Below, in pieces: positions 40,335 to 54,043 of a stretch of 64,000 bases of DNA. The stretch covers positions 15,606,672 to 15,670,671 of the forward strand of contig JAHRHZ010000013.1 in assembly GCA_024137785.1 (NCBI GenBank), written 5' to 3'. The position numbers and the translations under genes are program-made. The stretch comes from Ginglymostoma cirratum (taxonomy: Eukaryota). The notes under the pieces were generated by a model. The model was not told the origin of the DNA. It did no database searches and saw nothing but the letters and a program-made list of their open reading frames with translations. The first letter of the stretch is position 1. Every line of letters starts with the position of its first letter.

Positions 40335-41200
40335 GGCTAAGTCGGATTTGGGTGAGGAATTTTGAAGGGTTTTTCACTGTGAGACCTAGTGAGTTTCCCA
40401 CCCTGTTTTACCAAACTCAGCTCGTTAATTGCCTCCCACCACCCTGTGGCATCTATCACATCCAACTTCCAACACATCCTACCAAGCACCAGTGCCTGAA
40501 CAACTTGCCACTTAGCAGACATCCCAGAACTCATCAGCATCCCTCCACCAAGCCATCTTTAAAAGTCTGTTGTGCACCCTGACAAGCAAATGTCAGTCCG
40601 ATGTACATGGACAGTTCCTGGCATATGCCCCGAACGTGGCAGACAGGGGCAAAACAGAGCTCCACTTTTCTGTTAGAGTCCTAGGGGTGCTGTTGGAGAG
40701 AATGGCATTTGTGTAAGACTTCCTCCCCTGCCCCTCCATCACACCCTCCCCACCCGGGGTGTCACATTTTTGTGTTTGCTCTTTACTGAGTGCCCACTTT
40801 AGTGTCCAGAGCTGCACCTACCGATCTGTGCAGCACGGCCACTCACTGTAAAGGACTTTTGCCAAGATCAATCTCAGCAAGTATAAACAAGCGTTGTGGG
40901 TGGACCCAGAGCTTTTCAAGGGCTTTTTCAGCCAAAATCCTGAGATAAACCCACACCTTTACAGTACTGATATTACCCTTTAGGCCCCTCATTTTCTTGA
41001 CCTTGATTGACAGTCCCCGCTATCCCATCTCCAGTGTCAGGTCCTTTCCACCACTTCATACCACAACCTCACTCTCTGTTCTCCTTTAAGTTCTGCTTCC
41101 AATCCTGATGCCCCTGAGCCCACTCCAGAACATGCCCTGACACTGACTCATGCTTACCTGTACTATGCTTCTACACTAAAGCCCATTCCCCTTCTGCCTT
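40335..41200 (+). mobile_element. Harbinger-like relic with the N-terminus of a Myb/SANT gene
   Basis: Leader similar to 61990-62070; ADRGKTELHFSVRVLGVLLERM at ~40638-40705. Confidence 0.5.
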
Positions 41201-44200
41201 CCCTTGTGCAATAGAAGTGAATGAGGAAAATCACTGAACCTACACACACTACGCAAAGCCAAGAAGGAAATGCCACATTTAAGTGTTTGCGAGCCACTTG
41301 CTACGAGATTATTTTATGTAGCTGATTTCATCTTGATGGCAGTACTTAATTAGAAACTGTTTCACGTTAATGAATATTCGCAGCATTCAAATGTATTGCA
41401 AGCACGAGCCCACCAGAGGTCAACAAAATGCTCAACGTGTCATTGACTTTAACTGTGCACCTCAACATGCTGACGGGAAATCATCATTTTGTGTTCTGAC
41501 TAATTAAGTCACCACACATACCATGGCTCCTGCCCTTGTAGGCTCCATTAAATCCTCCCTTACTGAATTTCTGTGAATGGATGAGGTTAATTATTTTGTC
41601 AACAACAAACAGATGCAATTTTACTGTAGTGCCATCCCACGCACTTTACACTTGGACAATGTGTCCTTTCCTTGTCTGAAGTTAGGAAAGTTTTGAGAAT
41701 GGAATGTGCACGTGAGTAAAGGTTGGCATCAAATCAATCGCCAAGTAACATGAGCTTACTCTTAACAGATTGCAAAAGAGAAAAGAGAGAGAATTGCCAT
41801 TTAAAACATATCCAATCAATTTCTTTGACTACACTTTTAGATCGATTGGTTTTCAATGTCTGCGAGAAAAGCATTCCAAAAATTTTATCTTTCAAAAAAA
41901 AAATAGCTGGCACAGACTGGGATGAAAGAGATTAAGTGGGATTTGTTTTTCAAGTTTTCTTAGTTTCACTGAAAACTGTGTGCATGTTTTGGGGCTTTTG
42001 AGGTGCAAACTGCTTTATCACACATTGAATTTTAAATGGAGCCTGCTGTTCCAATGACCAAGCAATCGTATCACTGATCAGAATTCTACGCAATGCAACA
42101 GATGTGATGCGCAATATTTCAATGCTTCTTTCGAGCAGATCTCTTTTACAAAGTAGTCCTTTCAATGAATTCCTAACGGTAACCAGCAGACACTGGTCTT
42201 GACTGGTAACACTGTAATATCAAAACAACGCTGACCAAATGACAAGTTATTTTATGAGGGTAATAGTTTCCTTTTGAAGACTGACTGACAGTAAACGTGT
42301 ATACGTACCTAGACCCCTTTACCACTTGTATGTCAAGTTCTTAGTAGAATTTTGCGACAAGGAAATAATGTGATGAACTATCACACTTCCTTTGCCAGTG
42401 AAGCAGTGAATATTACTAAACTAGCATAGTTGTCTCCAAGCTGAAATATTCCCAGTAAGGAAACACCTGTATTGCATTCAGCACTGTTCTGAGAAAATTG
42501 CAGCTTCATAAAGACTTTAAATACTTTTGAGGACTTAGTGTAATTGTTGAGAAAACACATGAAATCACAATTTTAATAGATGGAGTTATTTGACCTTCTC
42601 AATATTTTTATGAAGTTTTCTTTTGTGGGTTCAGTCCTGAGCTGAAAAATAAAGAGTTAAAGACATGTGAATTTTGTTTTGTTTTCTTCAAGAGCAAGGA
42701 ATATAGAGCATGTCCTCAGACATAAATAAAATTTACATGGTCTTAAACATATAGGCCTGGAAAGAAGGTACAATAATCGGAAAACAGTTGTTTTTCACTG
42801 CTATTCCTCTGTGAAACTGATGGTATATTCTGCAATTGTGCAATTCAAAATGAAAATTCCAAAGTCAATGACTCCAACTCCTTCACAGTATATGCTGATA
42901 AAATTTTTGTGACTGAAAATTAATCAGAAATTGCTGCTTTGACATGAACCTTTTATGCTATTAGGCTAATTGTTTAAAAAAAAGCCTTGAAAAAATATGG
43001 TTTATTGAATGAGGTCTGCTGGGTTCTTAACAGTGTATTCAATCATAACCTTTCTGGCCCTGAACAGTGAATTTCATATTTGTTGAATTTCTCCATTATT
43101 TTAAAATACATTTTTTTAAAAATTAGGATATTTTGGATTCTACTTTAATCCCCATGTGTATGTCCCCGTTGTTAGTCTGCTTTCTGTAAAATGATTAAAA
43201 AGTGAAGCATGGTCAATATTTTAACCTCCTAGTTTGAGGTCTGTGAGAATTGTGGTTGATTGCTTGATAGCACTGAAGTTGCTCAAAGCTGCAGAGCCCT
43301 AATGGGTCAACGTTAGAATTAACATTGTGCAAGGTAAAATCACTAGTTCTTTGTCAGCAGCTTTTTTTTAACATTGATTGTAAACTTTGTTCTGTTATTG
43401 AAAATTATGAGGAACTTTATTGTTAATTCAAGAAATATGGCTTGGGCATTAATCTGTATTGTGCAGCATTAAAAATATGGGTCTTATACATCTTCTTGTA
43501 CATGTTGAAATCTGTATTAATTAAATACAAAACCATAGGTACACTGGATACAACCATAATATTATATTTTGCTGTACTTTTAACACACCACTTCACAGAA
43601 TGGGAGATAATGGAATCATCTGAACTATTCCTACACACACGGACCCTCTGACTATCAGATCACCATAGGCACTTGATGAACATGGGTCAATATGTGGGGT
43701 GTACAGACACTCGACCATCCATCCACATACAGGGATTGAGTTTACACTCAGTAGTAAAGCCATAGAAGCAAAATTAGATGTGGGTGGACGAGGAAACTCT
43801 GAGTGGGATTTAATACTGAGGTGCTAGTCCTGGACAGACAGGGTCAAGCCTGCCCTCTCTTGCCCCGGAAGCAGCGATGCTGTTTTACATGAAGATGTGG
43901 TTTCTGACCTCTCCAACCCAAAACTGGATGTCCAACCTCCAACTGTGGCTGACCAATCGAAGGGCTCTTCAGCCCTAGCCATATGATGGCCACTGCTACA
44001 GATCCAAGATGAGGAGCACCACTGGAGGGCTGGAGTTAGAATGAATTGGCCATTCAGGCAAACCCCACTGAGGAACAGTTGTGGCTGGGCAGGGTAGAGG
44101 GCTTGGTTAAGAAGAGCCAGCCCATGTCCATGCTTCTGGAAGGGGCACAGAATGCTTGTTTCCAGGTTTGCTAATGACACCAAACAAGGTGGGAATGAGA

Positions 44201-44447
44201 GGTGTGAGGAGGATCCGAAGTAGCTTCAAGGGGATTTGGCAGACTGAGTGCATGGGCAAGAATATGGTGATTGGAACATAATGTGAAAAAAATGAGAAAT
44301 TGTCCACTTTGATCAGAAAAACAGAAATGCACCACATTCTTTTAAATGGTAGAAGATTGAGCATTGTTGATGTGCAAAGGAAGCTGAATGCTTTTGTTTA
44401 TGATTCACTGAAAGTTAACATGAAGGTGCAGCATGCAATTAGGAAGA

Positions 44448-44803
44448 GAAGGATCATTCAGTGGTTGGCATTGCCGCCTCACAGCGCGAGGGATCTGAGT
44501 TCGATTTCACGCTTGAGCGATTGGCTGTGTGGAGTTTGCACATTCTCTCTGTGTCTGCATGGGTTTCCTCTGGATGCTCCAGTTTCCTTCCACAGTCCAA
44601 AGGTGAGCAGGTTAGTTGGATTGGCCATGCTAAATTATCCATTGGGTCCAGGATGTGCAGGCTAGATGGGTTAGACATGGGAAATGCAGGGTGACAGGGA
44701 TAGTCTAGGAGAGTGGGCCTGGGTGGGATGCTCTTTGGAGGGTTGGTGAGGACTTGATGGGATGATTGGCCCGCTTCCAAAGTGTAGGGATTCAATGATT
44801 CTA
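44448..44803 (+). mobile_element. HE1 (V-SINE) copy
   Basis: Head, V-domain and tail present. Confidence 0.9.
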
Positions 44804-44917
44804 ACTGTTAAATTGGCTTTCATTGTAAGAGGATTTAGGTATGGGCGCAAAGGTGTCTTGCTGCAATTGCAAAGAACCTTAGTGACACAGCAGCTGGGAG
44901 TATTTTCTTTTTTTTTA

Positions 44918-45050
44918 AATAGAATCCATACAGGGCAGAAAGTGGCCATTCTGCCCACTGAGTCTGCACTGACCCTCCGAAGAACTTCCCATCCAGACCC
45001 AGCCCCCAAGTCTATCCCTGCAACCCTGCATTTACCGTGGCTAATCCACC
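44918..45050 (-). mobile_element. 5'-truncated HE1 copy
   Basis: tagaatccatacagggcagaaagtggccattc..ccctgcatttaccgtggctaatccacc is the reverse of the HE1 3' part. Confidence 0.8.
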
Positions 45051-45957
45051 ACTCAGCACTTAGATTATTGTGTACAGTTTTGATCTTTGACTTGATGAAG
45101 GATACACTGGCAATACAGGGATTGCAATGAAGGTTCACCAGACTGATTGCTGGGATAGTAGCTTTATCCTATGAGGAGAGACTGAGGAAATTGGGCCTGT
45201 ATTCTTTAGAGCTGAGAAGAAGGAGAAGCGATATTAATGAAGCATAAAACATGTATGGGCATCAACAGGGTGATAGCTGGAATGATGTTTCCACTGTCAG
45301 GAGTGGTCTGGATCGTGCACTGTCTCGATGTAAGAAGAAAGACATTTAGAACTACAATGAGGAGGAATTTCTTTATTCAGAGCATGGTGAGATTTCTCAC
45401 GCTCAGGGTACTATGAAAACTCAGTCGTTCAATATGTTCCAGGCATAGATTGATTGATCTCCACACATTAAAGGTATTAACGGTTCTGGGGATTGGGCAG
45501 GAAAATAGCACTGAGGTTAAAAATAAGCTATGATTCAGTAAAATGGTGGAGCATGATCAAACAGCTGAATGGCCAGCTCCTGCTTCTATATAGGACACTT
45601 CTATCATCTCTACCCACAGCCAGGCTGCATGGGTACTACTGGTGGCCATGCCGCGTGGCATTGTCTTTCCCTGCAGTTGGCACCATACTTATAGCAGCAG
45701 GGAGATAGGGACATAGCAAGGCATTCCCCACTATTCCACACAATCACATACCCTGCCTCCAACTAATTCCGAGGGTATATTGTAAATATCAGCCATAGAG
45801 CAGTGTTGGTGGGTTCTTGAATGCATGTTCTTGAGCTTTCCACTTAATTGCATTAAGACACTTCAAGAAAAAAGAAAACAAAAATATACCAACAATGGAA
45901 GTAGAATTCATAGATTAGTATTTTAGCCATTTCATGTCTTATGTTAATGCCCAAGTA

Positions 45958-46210
45958 CTGAATTGAATTGAATTAGCTTTATTGTCACATGTACTCAAAG
46001 GAGTACAGTGAAAAGTTTACAGTCGCCGCATTACAGCGCTATTTTAGGTACAAAGGTGCCTAGGTACAAATACTTAAGATCAAATTCTGAGGAAACAAAA
46101 GTAAATTAGAAAAGTAATGAAAGAAAAAGTCCAGCCCTATAGGACATGGGAATAAATTAGAAAAATGAAGAAGTGAAAAGTTTGGAATATCAGTTTTTCC
46201 GACCCAGTCC
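45958..46210 (-). mobile_element. LINE 3' end, Rex1/Babar-like, with an (AATTC)n tail
   Basis: Minus strand ends gagtacatgtgacaataaagctaattcaattcaattca. Confidence 0.55.
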
Positions 46211-48199
46211 ATTTTAACAATTGCTGAAGTAAAATTCCTGAAAGACTAATGCCCTACCACTTATTCTTGCTAGTAGATTATAAGCTTCTTTTTCACATCT
46301 TTCCTCCATTTAGTTTTAAAAGTTAATAGAGATGATTCAAAGCTACAGGGACAGTTCGTAACAGCAGCAGCAAGGACAAAGAATGCAGGGATAGAACTGC
46401 ATTTCTAAGTAAACGTTCTGAGGGATTACGTATGGAACGGAGTAACCACAGGATGTTATTCATTCCACTAGTCCAGCTGCAGTTTTCATTGCTAAGATCT
46501 TTAGACTTTAGATATAATGCCACAATTCCAAAGTGACACAGGTTTTGTCCACATTTGAAATGTACAACTGTTGCAGAATGTGGAACAACTATAACTTGAC
46601 CACATCCTCCAGATTTATGTTATTCATATTGGACAATACTGTGTTACCATCTTACTAACAAATTGAGCAATAGATTCTGTTCTATTTAACTTTCATTTGA
46701 CTTGTCAGTTGGTCATTGTAAGTTGCAAAGTTAATGTGATAATCCAAAGCTATTTTTCTAAAAATCGTTAAACTAATGTTCCAGAACTGTTAAGGCAAAA
46801 AGTATATATTTTGGACAATTTCCGAGCAGGAGTGGTACACAATTTATTTCTCAAGAATATGACTGCAGGTTTAAGTGACTCAACAGTTTTCGAACAGTCA
46901 TCATAGTTACCTATAGGTTTTTCTTTCCATTTACCACAATGATCCAGAGGGTAAGTGTCAAAAATTCCACCAAAATCATTGGATTTAAAATCATGCCCAA
47001 ATTCCAATGAGGCATTCATGACAATTCAGACCTTATTCAAAGAGTGAAAGTTTGTAAAAAATTACACCTTTGAAGTCCTTCTCTATCAGCCAATTATATC
47101 ATTGGACAAATGTCCACTTCAGGCCATCCTGCACTAAGTCAAAGTGAGCTCATGCACAAAAACATCCATCACAGTCATCAAATAGATGTACCATGACTTG
47201 AAGTGAGGTATAAAAGAAAAAGTTTTTCCTCTGTGCAGATCAGACAGGACAAATTACACCTCATGTGGTCAAGCAGCAGACTATCATCGATATCCTAGAC
47301 CATCATTTCAAAAATGGGGATAAAAAGAAACTGTACCAATTCTCTAGAAAAAGAAATCTGCAACCAGAACAAACAGACTAAGAGTCATACGTGTGTACAA
47401 TTGATTTGCTTCAGGATAGGCAGAAAGTGCACAATTTTTCAATGTTGTGCTGTCTATGGGAAGCAGAAATGAAGACATGCTCTGCCAAGAGCAATAGACA
47501 ATGCAGACTTGTAACACAACATAATGACCAGTTTTGCCTTACATAGTCATTTAAAAGCAGCCAGAGGAAAAGAAAAATGTCAATATGGTGACCTCTCTCT
47601 CTGGTGGAATTAGAATGAAAATGTATCTTCCATTCATCAGCCCACTGTTGCTTAAATCTCATGGTGTGAGTCTGATTAAACAAAGGTATTTACTTTCACC
47701 CTGCTCTTTAGAAGGAAATAATATTCCAGGGGGATTTCTAGCTTGTATTCCTGTATTTGAGATACAGGCTGAGATTTTCCCTGTTTTTGATTCAATGTGA
47801 GAGCAGGCATGTTTCGGAGCAAGCCATTAACCCCCATCCCCATAACCACCAATGAGAAAACTGACCAAGATCCAATCAGGCACTAAGTGGTTACCTTGTG
47901 GGCTTCTCAGTCAGTCACCTCCTGTGACAGTGATGTCTGAAGCTGCTGGGAAATCAGAGGCCTGCAGCCATTGTGAGAAGCTGTGCTGCTTCAGTGGCCC
48001 AGGCTGCTAGCTGTACAGCAGCACTGAAGAGCAACAGAGTGGGAAGATAAGTGCAAATTGCAGGGTGGACATTGTCAGGATTGGCAGGGGCAAATGATGG
48101 CTTTCAGTCACCACCTCTGTCCCACCTATTGTGCCCTGATCACGCCTACACCTGGGGCAAATCAAGGGCTCCATCCCAACCAGGCAGGTAAGTTACCTC

Positions 48200-48287
48200 G
48201 GAGTAACAAGGTGTAGAGCTGGATGAACACAGCAAGCCAAGCAGCATCAGAGGAGCAGGAAAGCTGACGTTTCGGGCCTAGACCCTT
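48200..48287 (-). mobile_element. Single arm of the Penelope-derived element; hammerhead truncated before CUGAnGA
   Basis: gtgtagagctggatgaacacagcaagccaagcagcatcagaggagcaggaaagctgacgtttcgggcctagaccctt, same family as 14466-14650. Another arm at ~8085-8150. Confidence 0.8.
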
Positions 48288-49291
48288 AAATCTTTTTCTT
48301 GCCTTTCACAAACACAGTTAAGCAGGCCAATGGCAGAATGGGACCCTTAAGTGGTGGTTAATTAAGCATTTAATGACCGTAGTTGGCAGCGGGTCAGGAA
48401 GGTTCCTGAGGTGGAGGGACGACCAATATTCAGGTGGATTGACACCAGGATGGTAGCTGTCCCTTACCTGTCTCCTTGCCCACCTCTTCCAAGGAGGGTA
48501 GGATGTCAATCACAGTTCCAAAAATGTGTTGTGTGGTTTTCAGAATGTTTATGAATGATTAACAACTGGTGACACCTAGTATGTTGGTAACGTACCAAGA
48601 AATGGTCTGGCTCCATAGTTCAGCTATCACATACAAATGAATCAACCATCAGCATAACAGAAATAAAAACAGTGTTGCCTTAAAACCTCAGAGGCATAGA
48701 TATAGTTCAGTAGTCATGTGATCTCTCTTTCCAGTTGTCCTCACTAATCTTGTTCCGAGAGCACGTGCATTTAGAAGAAAGGTGAAAGCATACCTGAGTA
48801 ATATAAAGAGTGAGTTTGTGACGCACAAAGAAAATTCGAAGATTACATCTGGTTATACAACAAGGCAGGGAAATCTGTGTGTGGGAATCAACTACATTCA
48901 AATAAAAGATGAGACTGTACCTCTGGTAGATGATTTAATATTCTGGGTTATTCATTAGCTGACACAAGCAAATGTAAGCTGAGGTACGTGTAGAAAATTT
49001 ACAATTTTATACACCTGGTGGGCAGCTTTGTCTGCCAGCTGCACACATCTAATACTTTAGTAGGCCATGCAAGATTTACAAAGCATTAGATGTAATGATT
49101 GAAAAATCATGGGCAGTATGCGCTCTGATTTCAGGTAATTGATTGATTTTGTTCAAAAAGTATTTAAAGTAAGGAAAAACGCTAACATTCTGATCCAAAA
49201 ACAAACCATCAAGACCAACAATTGTAAGCTCAAGGTATTACCGCAGTGTGTGTTTCCTTACACATTCACTCCCTCCAGGCCAATCCCAATT

Positions 49292-49885
49292 TACAGTCAT
49301 AGAGCTGTACAGCACGGAAATAGACCATTCGGTCCAACTAGTTCATGCCGACCTGATATCCTAAATTAATCTAGTCCCATTTGCCAGTTTTTGGCCCATA
49401 TCCCTCTAAACCCTTTCTATTCATGTACCCACCCAGATGCCTTTAAAATGTTGTAACTGTACCAGCCTCCACCAATAACTCTGGCAGTTTATTCCATACA
49501 GACACCACCCTCTGCGAGAAAAAAAATTGCCCTTTAGGTCCCATATAAATCTTTCCCCCCTCACCTTAAACCTATGCTCTTTAGTTTTGGACTCTCTTGC
49601 CCTTAGGAAAAGACCTTGGCTACTCACCCTATCCACACCTTTCATGATTTTATAAACCTCTGTAAGGTCACCCCTCAGCCTCCAATGCTCTAGGGAAAAC
49701 AGCCCCAGATAACTCAGACCCTCCCCATAGCTCAAACCGTCCAACCCCAGCAACATCCTCGTAAATCTTTTCTGCACCCTTTCACGTTGAACAACATCTT
49801 TCCTGTGGCAGAGAGACCAGAACGAAATGCAGTATTCCAAAAAAAGGACCTAACCAATGTCCCGTACAGCCACCATGTGACATCC
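49292..49885 (-). mobile_element. CR1 3' fragment, relatively intact
   Basis: ORF 49421-49840: EYCISFWS..ERVQKRFTRML..RLRGDLTEVYKIMKGVDRV. Confidence 0.92.
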
Positions 49886-50469
49886 CAGGAAGTCCAGACG
49901 TCAGGAGGTTTTACACACTTCCAGATTAATTTAACATCAAGACATCTTCAGCATGCTTTCAACAGATTTTTCCATGTGAAATCTAGCCTGATTAACATAA
50001 CGTCTGAAAGTCTAGGAAGTGGCTGGTCAGAGAAGTAGGGCCTCACAGGGCAGAAGGAGGGGGGATATGAGCATAATGGGGATGGATGCGGGTAACTAAT
50101 ATTGGCGGTGTTTGGCCAGTTGGGTGACTGTAGGCATTGGAGTGAAGCCTTGCGTTCCTCCCAGGCCACAGGCCTCCTTCATCCATCAGGATTCCCAAAC
50201 GGCAGGAGTTCTTGCATGTGCAAAAAAATGTAAATTTATTCAAAATGGGAGCCACGCTACCTTTAAAATATGTGAATGACTAACTGACACTCGGAATGAC
50301 AGCTCGCCGCCCTGCCCTCCCCCACCGTCCTGTCTCTGTTAAAATAAGTGGGTGGGTCAGAGGCAGACTGGAGTCAGGTTTGAGAATTTTGAAACCATTT
50401 TCCCTCCTGTTCCTGGAGGTTAAAATGTCCCTAATGAACCTGAAACAAAGATTTCCTCTGTAACAGAAC

Positions 50470-50900
50470 TAAATGGATCAATCTATTCTGAACTCCAATA
50501 CGTTGAAGATGTGTCTACTGGAGCTGTTGTGATATTCTGTAGCTGAATCTCTGTGAGAATGATTGATAATTTTTGCGCCCAGGAATTTGTAGACTATGCT
50601 GCAAATTGAGTCTCGTGTTTCTTGCAGCAGAATTGCAGTGACTATTTGTTCTGATGGTATATCATCCGGCCCAAGATAAATTGGTTGTCTTTAGCGGTGT
50701 CTACCTGTGTGACTAGACCTTGCCTCTGCTCAAGGATTCAATTGTCACTTTCTATCCTCAAATCTCATCTGATTTGAGCAGAAAGCATAGCAATGTTTTG
50801 TGATTCGTGTGTCTAGACTCGAGCACTAGGCAAATCCCTCTGCGAGAAGGTTCCTTCCAAAGGCAAAGAAACAGATTAGAAGTGACAAACAATATCCACC
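50470..50900 (-). mobile_element. Possible ancient RTE LINE relic
   Basis: KVTIESLSRGKV and LGPDDIPSEQI..HRDSAT resemble KAIxSLSxGKAPGPDGIPxE..RDATI. Confidence 0.4.
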
Positions 50901-51139
50901 AGATGAGCTGTAGGGAATTGCTGGCTGGCATCAGTTTATTTATTTTCTCATTTCTTTCACTTAGATCCATGGCTCTGAGTCCAAAGTCTATTCTACACAT
51001 CCATCTGCAAACTCGACAACTTTTGTTATTTCTGTTTGTTAGCACATTGTAAGAGCACATTGACATGAATCAGAAAACATGTTTAAAGTCACGGATTAGG
51101 TTGCTGTATTTTTTGCAGATTTTAGTGCTGTTTATGCAG

Positions 51140-51478
51140 GACAAGGGAAATGAGAGTGTCACTGGACTAGTAATCCAGCGGCCCAAGCTAATGGCTCTGG
51201 GGTTTGGGTAAAGATCCCACCACAGCAGCTCGTGGAATTTAATTTCCACTCAAAATCTGGAAGCTAAAGCTAGTCTCAGGAATGGCGATCCTGAATCAAT
51301 CATCGATTGTTGTAACAATCCATCTTGTTACTCTTAAACCTGACCTGGTCAGGACCACAGCAATCTGATTCTTAATTGTCCTCAGAACCGGTTTCGCAAG
51401 CCATCATTTTGAGATCACTCAGGGAAGCGTGACAAATGCTGGTATTTCTAGTGATGCCCTTATCCAGTGAAAGAATGA
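51140..51478 (+). mobile_element. Shark tRNA-derived SINE whose tail resembles the 3' end of the LINE at 24785-25908
   Basis: Head tgtcactggactagtaatccag..atcccaccacagcag; tail caaatgctgg..agtgatgcccttatcc..gaatgaa. Confidence 0.7.
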
Positions 51479-51529
51479 AGGAAACGGTGCAGTGGAATGT
51501 AAATCAGGACAATCTTCTTTGAGTTTTGT

Positions 51530-52690
51530 CGGCAACACTTTATGAGCTCTGTGTGATGAGGAAAACAGGGAACCTGCAAATGCAGTGTACTTGAATATCC
51601 AAAAGGTGTATGATATCACATAAAACGTTACTATACAAGGTAAGAGTACATTATGCAGGGAGCAACATTTTAAAAAGGTAAAGGTTTGGCCGGCCAACAG
51701 AAAGCAGAGAGTAGTGTTAAATGGCTCTTTGTCGTATGATAAGCTGTTGTCAAATGGATCAGAGCTGGGTTCTCAACTATTTACAATGACTTGGATGAAG
51801 GGACTGCGTGTACGACAGCTAAATAAAGGAAGGAAAGAAGTTGCCAAGAGGAAGTAGAGAGGCTGCAAAGGGAAATAGGTTAAGTGAGGGCCAAATGTTT
51901 GGCAGATGGAGTACGACGTGAACTTGTATATTTTGGCAAGAAGAACAGGAAAGCAGTAAACTACTTAAACAGGAGACATTGCAGACCTTGGTTACTCAGG
52001 AATCTGGGTGTTCTGGTACATGAATCACAAAATGTCAGTGTGCAGATCCAGCAAGTGATTAGGAAGACAAAGGAAAGTTGGTATTTATTGCAAGAGGAAT
52101 GAAATATAGAGAAGTTTCACTGCCACTGGGGAGAGGGGCAACACATCTGCTGTACTTTGTACAGTTTTGGTCTCTTTATTTGAAGCAATAATGATAATTG
52201 TGTGAGAAGCAATTCAACAAAGGTTTTTTTAATCCATTCCTGGGAGTAAGGGCTTATTTTACAAGGAAATGTTGAACAGGTTTGGGATATACGTACGGGA
52301 GCTGTTTAGAAGAATAAACTGTGACCTTTTTGAAATATACAGATCCCAAGTAGACTTGAAAGAGTGGATACCAGGAGGAAGTTTCATGTCAGGGAGGTTA
52401 GAAGTAGGGGACATAGTGCAGGAATAAAAGGATTCCCTTTTAAGATGGAGATGAGGAGTTTTTTTTTTGAAGCTTCATTCATCTATAGAATTCCCTTCCC
52501 CAGAAAGCAGCAGAGGTGAATCATGGAATTTATTCAAGAAAGAGAGAGATATATTTTTCATAGACAAGGGAGTCAAGGGTTATGGAGAATGGACAGGGAA
52601 GTAGAGTTAAGACCACAACCAAGTCAGCCATGATCGTACTGAATGATGGAGTAGATTCAAAGGGCTAATGGCATAAGTCCTGCTCTTGTA
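51530..52690 (+). mobile_element. CR1 ORF2 3' fragment, degenerate
   Basis: RNLGVLVHESQNVSVQIQQVIRK and CR1 3'UTR (tcagccatgatcgtactgaatgatggag). Confidence 0.85.
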
Positions 52691-52802
52691 ATCCCTTTCC
52701 CATCCAACCAGTGATACCCTGAGTGAACTATAAGTATTGGAGGAAACCTGTTCCAATGATATTTGTGTGCTACATTTGTGTTCATCTAACGCTGCATCTG
52801 TC

Positions 52803-53100
52803 AGGTGGCACAGTGGCTCAGTGACGAGCACTGCTGCTTCACAGCGCCAGAAACCCACTCTCAATTCCACTCTCAAGCGCCTGCCTGTGTGGAGTCTGCA
52901 CATTCTCCCCATGTCTCTGTGAGTTTCCTCCAGGTGCTCCAATTTTCCTCCCACAGACCAAAGATGTGCAGGCTAGGTGGGTTAGCCATGGGAAATGCAG
53001 GGTTCCAGGAATAGGGTGGGAGATGAGATGTTCTTCAGAGGGTCAGTGTGGACTTGATGGGCTGAATGGCCTGCTTCCACATTGTAGAGATTCTATGATT
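52803..53100 (+). mobile_element. HE1 (V-SINE) copy
   Basis: ggtggcacagtggctcagtg head, V-domain, gattctatgatt tail. Confidence 0.9.
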
Positions 53101-53706
53101 GAAGGAGAACAGAACCTACTGTTCCTCTCCTCGTCCAAGGGAGTCATTTCCATCATCGCTCAAGGCCAGTTGGCCCATAGAATTATGTCAGAATGGTTCC
53201 TTAACAACAGCAATGCTTTACTGTCCTGGGAAACATATTCCCATGAAATTGAAGAGCATCTAAATGATGTTAAGGCAGCAATCATGTTTGACAACCTCTC
53301 TCACTCAGATGTCTGCTGAATTGCCATTGCCATAATGAATACCTTAGGTGCCCTAGACAGGTTTATGAGAATTGCAGAGTGCAGCAGAACAGAATCATTA
53401 CTATCAGACAGCAGTGGCTGCAGATAGCTCTTGTCTTTTCTGCCAATCTGTCTGAGTACCCATTACAACCTCAGAAGGAAAGGCACATTCCCATAAATGG
53501 AAGGTTAGCGAACTTAACAAGTCTTATTGACAAAGTTACAACTTCAGATACGCATAAAACTTTATCACTAAGCCTTTTTTGTATTGGTTAGCAGCTTACA
53601 GAAGACAGAAAGGAATTAAATACCAGCTTCCCAGCTGTTGGAGTTGATTAATCCAATGACAGTACATACATCAATTTTTCTAGCTGCAGCAGGAATTGTG
53701 CGACCT

Positions 53707-54043
53707 TAGAACCCCTACAGTGCAGGTGGAGACCATTTGGCTCATCAAAACTGCACCGGCCCTCTGAAGAGCATCCCACCCTATCCGTATAACTCCATAT
53801 TTCCCATGGCCAACCCACCTAGCCTGATCATCCCTGGTCACTATGGGGCAATTTAGCATGGCCAATTCACCTAACCTGCATACCATTGGGCTGTGGGAGG
53901 AAACCACAGCACCCAGAGGAAACCCACGCAGGCACAAGAAGAATGTGCAAACTTCACACAGACAGTCAGCTGAGGCTGGAATTGAACACGGGTCCTTAGT
54001 GCTATGAGGCAGCAGGGCTAACCACTGAGCCATCGAGTCACCC
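53707..54043 (-). mobile_element. HE1 (V-SINE) copy
   Basis: Reverse complement of head, V-domain and tail. Confidence 0.9.

Larger units (their letters stand above)
44150..45590 (+). mobile_element. CR1 ORF2 3' fragment with two nested HE1 insertions
   Basis: aggtttgctaatgacacc (FADDT-like), aggttcaccagactgatt (RFTRLI), 3'UTR at ~45480-45590. Confidence 0.8.
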
